Positions 8,506-16,487 of a DNA stretch of 24,000 nt are shown in pieces. A model generated the notes under the pieces. That model was not told the DNA's origin and did not search any database. It was given only the letters and a program-made list of their open reading frames with translations. Origin of the DNA: Methanocorpusculum sp. (GTDB lineage: Archaea; Halobacteriota; Methanomicrobia; Methanomicrobiales; Methanocorpusculaceae); assembly GCA_017399555.1 (NCBI GenBank), contig JAFQBW010000001.1, positions 45,960 to 69,959 on the forward strand. The letters run 5' to 3'. Within the stretch, counting starts at the first letter, position 1. Every line of letters starts with the position of its first letter. The translations under genes were made by a program, and so were the position numbers.

Positions 8506-9627
8506 ATGGAACTGCACGAAATTACTGAAGGAAGTACGACTTTTTATGCTCCGGTTCAGGACGAGAACGCGGAGTTCCCGCCAGGCTCTGCTCCGGTGTT
8601 TTACAATACCAGAATGGAGTTCAACCGTGATATGACAATTCTTTTGATGAGCGTCATCAAGCCGGAAGAGTATCTGGATTCCATGGCCGCGACCGGTATC
8701 CGCGGGCTTCGCGTGGCAAACGAGACTCATGTGCCGGTGGTAATCAATGATTTCAATCCGACTGCGGTAAAAATCATTGAAGAGAATGCGAAACGCTTTG
8801 CAGAAGACATCAAGGTAACCTGCGACGATGCAAACCGTCTGATGTGTTCGGGACGCTTTGATGCGGTTGACCTCGACCCGTTTGGAACGCCGATGCCGTT
8901 TTTAGATGCGGCTTCCCGTGCCTCAAAGCGCTATCTGTTCGTTACCGCAACAGATACCGCCCCGCTTTGCGGTGCACATCTGAAAGCAGGTCTTCGCCGG
9001 TACTTCTCCACGCCGATTAATACCGAGTATCATTCGGAAGTCGGTCTGCGCATGATGATGGGTGCTATGGCACGCGAGCTGGTGAAGTATGACCGCGGCA
9101 TGGAGCCGATTCTCTCCTTTGCGAAGAACCACTACTACCGCTCGCATGTGAAGATTATTGCGAAAGTCCCGGCTGCGGATGCGACGATGGGGGAGATTGG
9201 ATTCATCCACGAATGCCCGAACTGTCTCTACCGCTCCGAGGAGAAAGGAGCGCTTCTTCCAACTGAAGAAGTCTGCCCGCACTGCGGAGCAAGAACGCTT
9301 CCAATCGGTCCTCTGTGGATGGGAAAACTCCAGGGCGAGGGAATCATTGATGCGATGCTCGAAAACCTGCCGGCAATGGAGTTTGGAACCAAGAAGCAGA
9401 TGGAGAAGTTCCTGCGGATATTAAAAGACGAACCGGAATGCGGCTTCTTCTATGATTACCATGCTATCTGCCGGGATATTCGCGTATCTCCTCCGAAGAT
9501 GGAAGAGTTTGTTGCCAAACTGAACGATATGGGATATGTGACTGCCCGAACACACTTCCATCCGACAGGAATTAAGACCGCGGCATCTCTTGCAGTTCTG
9601 ACAGAAGTTCTGCAGAACTGGGAATAA
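8506..9627 (+). CDS. trm1: tRNA (guanine26-N2)-dimethyltransferase
   Basis: Trm1-family sequence (VFYNTRMEFNRD, SMAATGIRGLRVANE, DLDPFGTP) plus the archaeal Cys4 module CPNC...CPHCG. Start moved from 8491 to 8506 (MELHEITEG) because 8491-8497 is the 3' acceptor strand of the tRNA. Confidence 0.9.
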   Translation: MELHEITEGSTTFYAPVQDENAEFPPGSAPVFYNTRMEFNRDMTILLMSVIKPEEYLDSMAATGIRGLRVANETHVPVVINDFNPTAVKIIEENAKRFAEDIKVTCDDANRLMCSGRFDAVDLDPFGTPMPFLDAASRASKRYLFVTATDTAPLCGAHLKAGLRRYFSTPINTEYHSEVGLRMMMGAMARELVKYDRGMEPILSFAKNHYYRSHVKIIAKVPAADATMGEIGFIHECPNCLYRSEEKGALLPTEEVCPHCGARTLPIGPLWMGKLQGEGIIDAMLENLPAMEFGTKKQMEKFLRILKDEPECGFFYDYHAICRDIRVSPPKMEEFVAKLNDMGYVTARTHFHPTGIKTAASLAVLTEVLQNWE

Positions 9628-9704
9628 TACTTTTTTGTCTCACTGAACTGTGGGGTTAAGGCTCGCAGAGCCGCATACCCCTGAGGCGTCGCGGGGATAT
9701 GGGC

Positions 9705-9844
9705 GATGGAGGATTTCGTTGCCAAACTGAACGATATGGGATATGTGACTGCCCGAACACATTTCCATCCGACAGGAATTAAGACCGCGGCTTCCCTTGC
9801 GGTTCTGACAGAAGTTCTGCAGAACTGGGAATAATACTTTTTTT
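9705..9844 (+). repeat. Direct duplication of the trm1 3' end plus its oligo-T tract (copy 2; copy 1 = 9498-9636)
   Basis: ~140 nt align with 7 substitutions and no indels apart from one extra T in the T-run. Copy 2 retains an ATG (9706) and an intact 42-codon frame ending at 9834, equivalent to the last 42 residues of Trm1. Confidence 0.9.
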
Positions 9845-9973
9845 CAAAAAATCCGGACAGAAGCGGCTGTTCTGTACACGATTTTACCGGCATTTTTTTG
9901 GTATAAAAACATCGTGGCGCTGTGAAATAACAGACTATTTATAGTAATCATACATGATAAATAATGTACAATC

Positions 9974-9997
9974 AATCAGCCGGAGCTCCGGCTGATT
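9974..9997. promoter_or_regulatory. Perfect 24-bp palindrome upstream of acd (candidate operator or 5'-UTR hairpin)
   Basis: aatcagccggag|ctccggctgatt is perfectly self-complementary. It lies about 30 nt downstream of an AT-rich TATA-like stretch (ctatttatagtaat, ~9934-9947) and 30 nt upstream of the acd start. An AAGGAG Shine-Dalgarno-like box sits at ~10012-10017. Confidence 0.4.
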
Positions 9998-10026
9998 ACC
10001 TAACATAAAATAAGGAGTATCGAAAA

Positions 10027-12087
10027 GTGTCCGCTAAACCTACCAGAATGTTATCTGAGGCAGACGGCTATGCCCTCCTGCGTCAGTATGACGTACCAGC
10101 CCCGGCTTTTGAGATTGTGCAGTCCCCAGAGGATGCCGCAAAAGCCGCCGCATCGATAGGTTATCCTGTTGTTATGAAAATCGTCTCCCCGCAGATTATT
10201 CACAAGAGTGATGCAGGAGGAGTTATCGTCGGCGTCAAGGATGACGCAGCAGCAAAGGAAGCTTTTGATAAAATCGTTGCAAACGCAAAGAACTACAACC
10301 CGGATGCAGAAATCAAAGGCGTCATCATCGAAGAGATGGCAAAACCGGGACTGGAACTCATCGTCGGCGGAAAGATTGACCCGGCATTCGGCAGAGTCTT
10401 AACCTTCGGTCTTGGTGGAACCATGGTCGAGTTCCACAAGGATGTGGGAATCCGCCTTCTCCCGGCAGAGGATGATGAACTCCGCTCCTTAATCCGCGAG
10501 ATTAAAGGCTACACCTTAATCAAGGGATACAGAGGAGACGCACCAAAGGATGAGGAGTTCCTCTTCCAGGTCTTAAAGAACGCATGCCGCTTCTTCGAGG
10601 ACAACGAAAACGTCGTCGAGTTCGATATCAACCCGCTCAGACTCTATGAGAAAGGCGGCTGTGCAGTCGATGCCCGCGTTATCGTCCAGGACGAACCGGT
10701 TGTTCTTCCGCCTCACTACGATCCGAAAAAGATTGTCCCGCTCGACTACTACAAGCCGAGAAGCGTTGCAGTTATTGGCGCATCCGACGACAAGACCAAG
10801 ATGGGATATGCCGCATTCCACAACCTGCTCCAGTTCCCGGGAGAGGTTTATCCGGTTAACAACAAGCGCTCGGAAATCCAGGGCGTCAAGTGCTACCCGA
10901 GCGTCGGTGATATTCCGGGCCCGGTTGACATGGTTGTCATCACTGTCCCTGCACAGTTAGTTCCGGGAATCATGGACGAATGCGGTAAGAAGGGTGTTAA
11001 GATGGCTGTCGTCATCACTGCCGGATTCAAGGAGATGAACGAGGAAGGAAAGGCCCTCGAAGAACGCATGGTCGCAATCGCCCGCTCATACGGTGTCAGA
11101 ATTGTCGGTCCGAACTGTCTTGGTCTGATTCTTCCGCCGTACAAGCTGGACACGACCTATGTCGCAACCTCCCCGCTTCCGGGAGATATCGCCTTTATCT
11201 CCCAGTCCGGCGCAATCGCCAACGCAGTTGTCGGCATCTCCTTATCCGAAGGTTCCGAGATGGGTTACTCCGAGGTCGTTTCTGTCGGAAACCAGTGCGA
11301 TCTTGACTTCCTCGACTACATGAGCTACGCGGCCCGCGACCCGCACACCAAGTCCATCATCCTCTACATCGAGGAGATTAAGAACGGTGTTGCCTTCATG
11401 GAGATGGCACGCGAGGTCACGAAGCTTAAGCCGATTGTCGCCATCAAGGCAGGTTCTTCCAAGAGAGGACAGGCAGCAGCAGCATCCCACACCGGTTCCT
11501 TATCCGGCGCATACGAGGTCTATATGGAGGCATTCAGAAAGTGCGGTGTTGTTCCGGCAAAGACCCTTGAGGGTGCATTCCAGATTGCAAAGATTTTAGG
11601 AGGCTTAAAGAAGCCGCTTACCGGAAAGCGTGCGGTTGTCATCACCAACGCAGGCGGTTTCGCGGTTCTTTCCAACGACTATGCAGAGACCTGGGGCATT
11701 GACATCTGCGACCTTCCGCAGGAAGTCATCGACGAGATGGACACCTTCCTCCCGCCGTTCTGGAACAAGAACAACCCAATTGACTTACTCGGCGACGCAG
11801 ACGAAGCCCGCTTCCGCGGTGTCTATGATGTGCTCTGCAAGAACCCGGACCTCTGGGATATCGCAATCCTTGTCAACTTCCCGAACAAGGTTCTCTCTCC
11901 GGAACAGGTCGGTCAGGTCATCATCGACTACCAGAAAAAGACTGACAACCTTCTGGTCGGCTGTTTCGTCGGCGGCGACAGCTTAAAGCCGGGAGTTGAC
12001 CTCTTAACCGAGCACAACATTCCGGTCTTTGAGGAACTTGAGTTCACCTACCGTGTCTTAGGTCACCTGACCTGGACCGCACAATAA
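10027..12087 (+). CDS. acd: Acetyl-CoA synthetase (ADP-forming), fused beta-alpha type
   Basis: N-terminal ATP-grasp part (EADGYALLRQYDVPAP..VVMKIVSPQIIHKSDAGGV). This is followed by a CoA-binding/ligase part (PRSVAVIGASDD, IVGPNCLG) with the phosphohistidine loop AAASHTGSLSGAY. GTG start at 10027 is preceded by AAGGAG. The ATG at 10048 is an alternative. Confidence 0.9.
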   Translation: MSAKPTRMLSEADGYALLRQYDVPAPAFEIVQSPEDAAKAAASIGYPVVMKIVSPQIIHKSDAGGVIVGVKDDAAAKEAFDKIVANAKNYNPDAEIKGVIIEEMAKPGLELIVGGKIDPAFGRVLTFGLGGTMVEFHKDVGIRLLPAEDDELRSLIREIKGYTLIKGYRGDAPKDEEFLFQVLKNACRFFEDNENVVEFDINPLRLYEKGGCAVDARVIVQDEPVVLPPHYDPKKIVPLDYYKPRSVAVIGASDDKTKMGYAAFHNLLQFPGEVYPVNNKRSEIQGVKCYPSVGDIPGPVDMVVITVPAQLVPGIMDECGKKGVKMAVVITAGFKEMNEEGKALEERMVAIARSYGVRIVGPNCLGLILPPYKLDTTYVATSPLPGDIAFISQSGAIANAVVGISLSEGSEMGYSEVVSVGNQCDLDFLDYMSYAARDPHTKSIILYIEEIKNGVAFMEMAREVTKLKPIVAIKAGSSKRGQAAAASHTGSLSGAYEVYMEAFRKCGVVPAKTLEGAFQIAKILGGLKKPLTGKRAVVITNAGGFAVLSNDYAETWGIDICDLPQEVIDEMDTFLPPFWNKNNPIDLLGDADEARFRGVYDVLCKNPDLWDIAILVNFPNKVLSPEQVGQVIIDYQKKTDNLLVGCFVGGDSLKPGVDLLTEHNIPVFEELEFTYRVLGHLTWTAQ

Positions 12088-12092
12088 TTTCT

Positions 12093-12117
12093 GGAGACTT
12101 TTCTCCGTTCTTTTTTT
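12093..12117 (+). terminator. Hairpin plus oligo-T terminator after acd (probably bidirectional with pheA)
   Basis: ggaga-cttt-tctcc hairpin followed by gttcttttttt. Oligo-T tracts are the known archaeal termination signal. The convergent pheA ends at 12134. Confidence 0.45.
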
Positions 12118-12133
12118 AAAAATAGTATTTTGG

Positions 12134-13084
12134 TTACTGGGTGTGGCAGGTATAGTTTCCCAGCACCTTGAAGAAACTGCTCTGTGCCCGCACTCTTCCA
12201 AGGGCAATCAGAACGTTTGCATCCTCTAAGTTTCCTTCAATATCTACGAAGAAGAGGTATTCCCAGGGTTCATCCAGCCGCGGACGGGACTGGATTTTTA
12301 CGAGGTTCAATCCGTTGTAGGCAAAATGGGAGAGAACCGAGTGCAGAGAACCGCTGCTGTGTGCCGTGGAGAAGACGATGCTGATTTTGTTGCAGGTGTC
12401 TGTCAGCTCCATGTGTTTTGCAATGATGATGAATCGGGTGAAGTTGTTCTTCACTGTCTGGATGTCGGATGCAAGAACTTTGAGGTTGTAGAGTTCCGAA
12501 CAGCGGATACTGCCGATAGACGCCGAGTGAATGTCTCCTTTTGCGGCGACATACTCTGCCGCAAGCGCGGTATTTGCATACGGAATGCTTTCGATATTTT
12601 CGTGTTTTTTCAGGTACTGATGACACTGGTTCAGTGCCTGGATATGGGAATAAACCTGCGTGATGTCTGAAAGTTCTGCATCCGGCAAAGCCAGGAGGTT
12701 GTGGCGTACCCGAAGGGTGTGTTCTCCGACGATGTAGAGGTTGTAGCGGATGATTAAGTCAGAGACTTCCAGCACATCTCCTGCGGTGGAGTTTTCGATT
12801 GGAAGCACCCCATAGTCAACGTCGCCGTTGGCAACAGCAGAGAGGACATCATCGAACGCATGATAGTTTTTCAGTTCCGCCTCTGCATCATGGAAAAATT
12901 CCCGTGCCGCCTGTTCGCCGAATGAGCCGGCAGTTCCCTGAAATCCGACCCGCGGCTGGTGTACGCGTTTGGTGTTGAGTCCTTCCTCAATTTCTGCGAG
13001 GAACTCTTCTCCGCCGACATAGAGTTTGTCAACCGAGATCCTGAGTTTTTTCTGGAGGTGATTGTTTACCGGTGCAGTACTCAT
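12134..13084 (-). CDS. pheA: Prephenate dehydratase with C-terminal ACT domain
   Basis: PDT motifs VGFQGTAGSFGEQAA, PIENSTAGDV and NFTRFIII. ACT region with IQSRPRLDEPWEYLFFVDIEG. A ~45-aa N-terminal extension is unassigned. Confidence 0.9.
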   Translation of the reverse strand: MSTAPVNNHLQKKLRISVDKLYVGGEEFLAEIEEGLNTKRVHQPRVGFQGTAGSFGEQAAREFFHDAEAELKNYHAFDDVLSAVANGDVDYGVLPIENSTAGDVLEVSDLIIRYNLYIVGEHTLRVRHNLLALPDAELSDITQVYSHIQALNQCHQYLKKHENIESIPYANTALAAEYVAAKGDIHSASIGSIRCSELYNLKVLASDIQTVKNNFTRFIIIAKHMELTDTCNKISIVFSTAHSSGSLHSVLSHFAYNGLNLVKIQSRPRLDEPWEYLFFVDIEGNLEDANVLIALGRVRAQSSFFKVLGNYTCHTQ

Positions 13085-13174
13085 TCATTCAATATTGGCG
13101 CTTGAATAAATTGAAGTTGTTGCAACACCGTTCTTTTCCCGTTCAGAACACATAAATATCCGCACAGCGACATT

Positions 13175-13666
13175 ATGTTCATGGCGGGAAATTTCGAATG
13201 TATCCAGTGCGGAAAGTGCTGTCTTGGCATCGGTTCAATAGTAAAGATGGAGCGCCAGCTCTCCCGGTTCGGCTTTGTGGTGAAAAATGACGTGGTAAAA
13301 GAGATGCGTCAGGCACTGATTACGCCGGAGTACCGCGAGATTTTTGAAAGCGACCATTCGATTCAGGAACAACATCCCGCGGCATGTTATTTTGTCCGGC
13401 GTCTTCCAACCGGAAAATATGTCTGCACGATTCACCCGTACCGTCTGCTTATCTGCAGTTCGTATCACTGCTGTTCTGCCCGCATCAGCAGAAACGGGGA
13501 AGAAGTGGGAAAGGTCAAAGGCCGCGTGTCGCTGGAGTCAAAGGATGAGAATCTGCTCACTCTCTGGCGGGAGAAGATAACGCCTGCCGACGACCCGACG
13601 CAGGAGTATATTGCATCTGTTCTAAAGGATGGCGGATATGAGGTTCTCTTCTATGACGGTGAGTGA
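13175..13666 (+). CDS. YkgJ-family Cys-cluster (CxxCxxCC) zinc/iron-chelating protein
   Basis: N-terminal CIQCGKCC motif plus later Cys residues (CYF, CTIHP, CSSYHCC). The start could instead be the Met at 13184. Confidence 0.65.
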   Translation: MFMAGNFECIQCGKCCLGIGSIVKMERQLSRFGFVVKNDVVKEMRQALITPEYREIFESDHSIQEQHPAACYFVRRLPTGKYVCTIHPYRLLICSSYHCCSARISRNGEEVGKVKGRVSLESKDENLLTLWREKITPADDPTQEYIASVLKDGGYEVLFYDGE

Positions 13667-13910
13667 GCTTCCGGTCTCTGCAGGAAAGGTAACCTGTACC
13701 GACGGACGTCTGCGCAGTACGGAGAACTGCCGGTTCTGTGTGCATTCCCGGTATTTTGTCATAAACGGCGTGCAGGAGCGTTCGCCGTCGCTTGCGTTCT
13801 GTCTTCGGGAACGGACGGTAAAAGAGGTTGAGTATCTGAAAGCCTCTGCTGTCGGCTGTGCGGAAAGCCGCGGAGACGGCTTTTCGAGTATCGGAAATAT
13901 TATCGCGTAA
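13653..13910 (+). CDS. Possible small Cys-containing protein (weakly supported)
   Basis: Open frame filling the 248-bp gap between convergent genes. The ATG at 13653 overlaps the upstream stop (ATGACGGTGAGTGA). It contains C-x11-C-x2-C. Codon choice (agg, agt, ata, cgg) is not typical of neighbouring genes and no family was recognised. Confidence 0.25.
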   Translation: MTVSELPVSAGKVTCTDGRLRSTENCRFCVHSRYFVINGVQERSPSLAFCLRERTVKEVEYLKASAVGCAESRGDGFSSIGNIIA

Positions 13911-13913
13911 AAA

Positions 13914-14474
13914 TCAGCAGGAGAAGCCGACGGCTTCTTCCAGAATTCTTTTTGCGGCAAGTTCATCTTCGCCGCCGCATTTGCGAATCAGTTCAAAGTC
14001 ATAGAGCATGCGCTGACGCAGTTCTTCCGAGTGATTAAACACGTAGCGGGTTGCGTGAATGGTTGCGTCAATTACTGCGTCGAATCCCCGGTTTACCCGG
14101 CGGATTCCGGGACGGATAACGGTTTCGGTGACCGGGGTTAAATCAACCAGATAGGTCTGTTCTGTCTCGTGGACAACTTCTGCGGTAAATCCAATCCAGG
14201 CATCCGCATCCCGCAGGCGCTGCATATCCCCTTCCGCGGTCAGTTCGTCTGCTTCTGCATCGTGGAATGCAAAGCGTGCATAGAGCGAGGCCTGCGAGAC
14301 GAAGTTTGCGGTTACCCATCCGTATGTTCGGATGTTCTTCTCGGTCGCAGACCCTTTGAAGAGAATCATCTTCGGGCACTGTCCGTCTCTGAGGATAATT
14401 CCTATCGGGGCGGCGTTGTCTTTGGTGACGGCAATAATTTCGTTGATGCCGGTACTTAGAAGTCCCATTCCCAT
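13914..14474 (-). CDS. DUF447-family FMN-binding split-barrel protein (methanopterin-pathway associated)
   Basis: N-terminus MGMGLLSTGINEIIAVT resembles the DUF447 start motif. Start set at 14474 (or 14468) rather than 14552 because the longer ORF overlaps the upstream gene by ~100 nt. It is co-oriented and overlapping with the CitG-like gene. Confidence 0.7.
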   Translation of the reverse strand: MGMGLLSTGINEIIAVTKDNAAPIGIILRDGQCPKMILFKGSATEKNIRTYGWVTANFVSQASLYARFAFHDAEADELTAEGDMQRLRDADAWIGFTAEVVHETEQTYLVDLTPVTETVIRPGIRRVNRGFDAVIDATIHATRYVFNHSEELRQRMLYDFELIRKCGGEDELAAKRILEEAVGFSC

Positions 14475-15268
14475 CCCTCGATGAGTGCCACGAAGATTCC
14501 GGCAATACAGATGTCGGCAAGGGAACCCGGGTTGATTCCTTCGGCAAGACACCAGGCATCCAGAATCTCTGCCGAGAGGCGGTTGTTTACCACCATGTTC
14601 GCGGAGTTTCTCAGTTCCTCAGCAGTTGCCGGCCCGAACTTTTTGATGACAAAGGTGTCCAGGTGCCGGGAGAGCATCTCCATAAACACGGCAGGAATTG
14701 CTGAGCTTCCGCCGTCTGCAGCTTTTAAGAGGTCTGCCATCTCGCGGGTTAAGGCAAAGCCGTTTGTCCACTCGCGGGCTACCATGTCGTTTTCGGCAGA
14801 GAACTCCATGACGTTGTACATCGTCATACCCTCGTCCCGCAGACGGGTTAAGGAGGCCGGGTCGTTGATGTCCATATCGGACTCTTCCGAGACGCGGACA
14901 GCGGTAAGGCCGAATGCTTTGTAGAACAGAACTGCATCGTCAACGGTTGTCTCTTTTACAACCCGGCAGGCGCCTTCGATACCTTTTCCTTTGAGAAGCG
15001 GCAGAAGCAGGATGAATGCCCCGAAATGCGTGTTTCCGCCGGAATGTCCGTTGGTAAGACGCACGGCTTCGTACATGGCTTCTCCAAGCGGCATTCCATG
15101 GATGTTCTGGAAAATCTTTCGGGCACGCACCGCGGAGTTTAGGAAATGCTCTAAGCGGGTGTCGTCGTAATCATGTTCGCGGTCGATGTTTCCCGGTTTG
15201 CGTTTTGCGCAAACCTCAAGGAGCATCGCAAACTCGGCAAGTTCAGCAGCGTTTTCAGCACTCAGCAT
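14456..15268 (-). CDS. Triphosphoribosyl-dephospho-CoA synthase (CitG/MdcB) family homolog
   Basis: The motif KRKPGNIDREHDYDDTRLEHFLNSA matches the CitG-family KPGLVD....H.DM....F..S region. Size is 270 aa. It starts 4 nt after the stop of the upstream gene. Confidence 0.78.
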   Translation of the reverse strand: MLSAENAAELAEFAMLLEVCAKRKPGNIDREHDYDDTRLEHFLNSAVRARKIFQNIHGMPLGEAMYEAVRLTNGHSGGNTHFGAFILLLPLLKGKGIEGACRVVKETTVDDAVLFYKAFGLTAVRVSEESDMDINDPASLTRLRDEGMTMYNVMEFSAENDMVAREWTNGFALTREMADLLKAADGGSSAIPAVFMEMLSRHLDTFVIKKFGPATAEELRNSANMVVNNRLSAEILDAWCLAEGINPGSLADICIAGIFVALIEGWEWDF

Positions 15269-15271
15269 GAT

Positions 15272-16369
15272 TCACCGGAAAATCTCGTCCATGATTTCTT
15301 CGGAGAGTTTGCGCTTTAATGCCATGTACTCGTTCTTCGGGAGTTTGATGGACTTTAAGGTCATGTCGCGGAACATGCACGGCGTCGAGGATTTACAGCA
15401 GAAGGCGAGGCTGCCAAAGCAGGTGTGGCTTCCTTCAGCAAGCGGCGTTCCGGCAACAGCCTCTTCTTTGAGCTGAGTGTATGCTCCGTATTCGAGTCCT
15501 ATGGCATTTAATGTTGGAAGCAGGGCACACTGCTTAATCGGCATACAGCAGAAGGCAAGGGAGCGGTAGTCTCCGCCGCGGCAGAGCTGTTTTGGTGCAT
15601 TGTACCAGCCGACCTCGTCTGCGATGGCTCTGATGTAGCGGTCAAGAAGAGTCAGAACAGCAGGGTCTGCACGGCGGGCAAGGGATACAAGGTCTGCTCC
15701 GTGGGAGAAGTATTCCATCATGGTGTCCGGAGAGTCAACGCCGTTGTTTGCGATGATGACTAACGGACAGCTGTTTCGAATCTGGCGGAGTTTGGAGGCT
15801 CCAAAGTCCATTAAGTCCACGTGGATGATTTTTGCGCCGGCCTTCCAGAGGGCTTTTGCGAGTGCTCTGTCGTCTGCGATGCCTGCTCTGGTTTTAACGG
15901 AGACGGTGCATCCTGCCTCAGCTAATGCAGAGACGATATCACAGAGGCGCTCAGTATCTTTTAAGAGTGCTTCTCCGCATCCGGCCGCAACCATTGGCGG
16001 CTGTCTGCAGTGTGCGTCAATTTCATAGATGATGTCTTTTCCAAAGACTCCTGCCGCTTCCAGGAATGCTTCTTTGGATGCTCCTCTGAGGTTGAGACCC
16101 GGAATGATTCCGCAGTCTTCCAGCATGGCAAGTTCGGTTGCGATATCTTCGAACGATGCTTCAAACTCTTTTCTGCCGCATGCTTCGATTTCCTTTGAAG
16201 CGTTTCTTGCTGCCTCATCAATGCTGTATCCGCCAATGAAGGCAACACCTGCGTGTTCTGCCCGTTCTACGACATATGCGGCGTCGGTCACTCCTGCCAT
16301 CGAGGAGAGGACAATTGGCGTCTTTATTTGCTTTCCAAGTAGTGCTATAAACCTGCTGTTTCCTGCCAT
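15272..16369 (-). CDS. Dus/NifR3-like FMN TIM-barrel protein with C-terminal twin Cys-motif domain
   Basis: Dus-like blocks are SSMAGVTD, EIDAHCRQP (compare IDLNxGCP), VSVKTRAG and IIANNGV. The C-terminal 100 aa carries two copies of C-x(2-6)-SLAFCC-x5-C. Confidence 0.65.
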   Translation of the reverse strand: MAGNSRFIALLGKQIKTPIVLSSMAGVTDAAYVVERAEHAGVAFIGGYSIDEAARNASKEIEACGRKEFEASFEDIATELAMLEDCGIIPGLNLRGASKEAFLEAAGVFGKDIIYEIDAHCRQPPMVAAGCGEALLKDTERLCDIVSALAEAGCTVSVKTRAGIADDRALAKALWKAGAKIIHVDLMDFGASKLRQIRNSCPLVIIANNGVDSPDTMMEYFSHGADLVSLARRADPAVLTLLDRYIRAIADEVGWYNAPKQLCRGGDYRSLAFCCMPIKQCALLPTLNAIGLEYGAYTQLKEEAVAGTPLAEGSHTCFGSLAFCCKSSTPCMFRDMTLKSIKLPKNEYMALKRKLSEEIMDEIFR

Positions 16370-16487
16370 TTGAATGATATATGTATGCTGTATGGCGTAT
16401 TATTAATATCCTCACGGTATTCAGTGGAGGGGAAGCAGATGTATCTGAATCGCGGAGTAATTAAACTATAACAGCAAATATTACTGC

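Noticed and set aside
9456-9893. 145-aa minus-strand ORF spanning the trm1 duplication
   Set aside because: It is the antisense reading of both trm1 3'-end copies, so its protein shows the same internal repeat. It is an artefact of the duplication, not a gene.
13622-13966. 114-aa minus-strand ORF in the convergent gap between the YkgJ-like and DUF447 genes
   Set aside because: It overlaps the 3' ends of both flanking genes and has no motifs or start context. The plus-strand alternative is itself only weakly supported.
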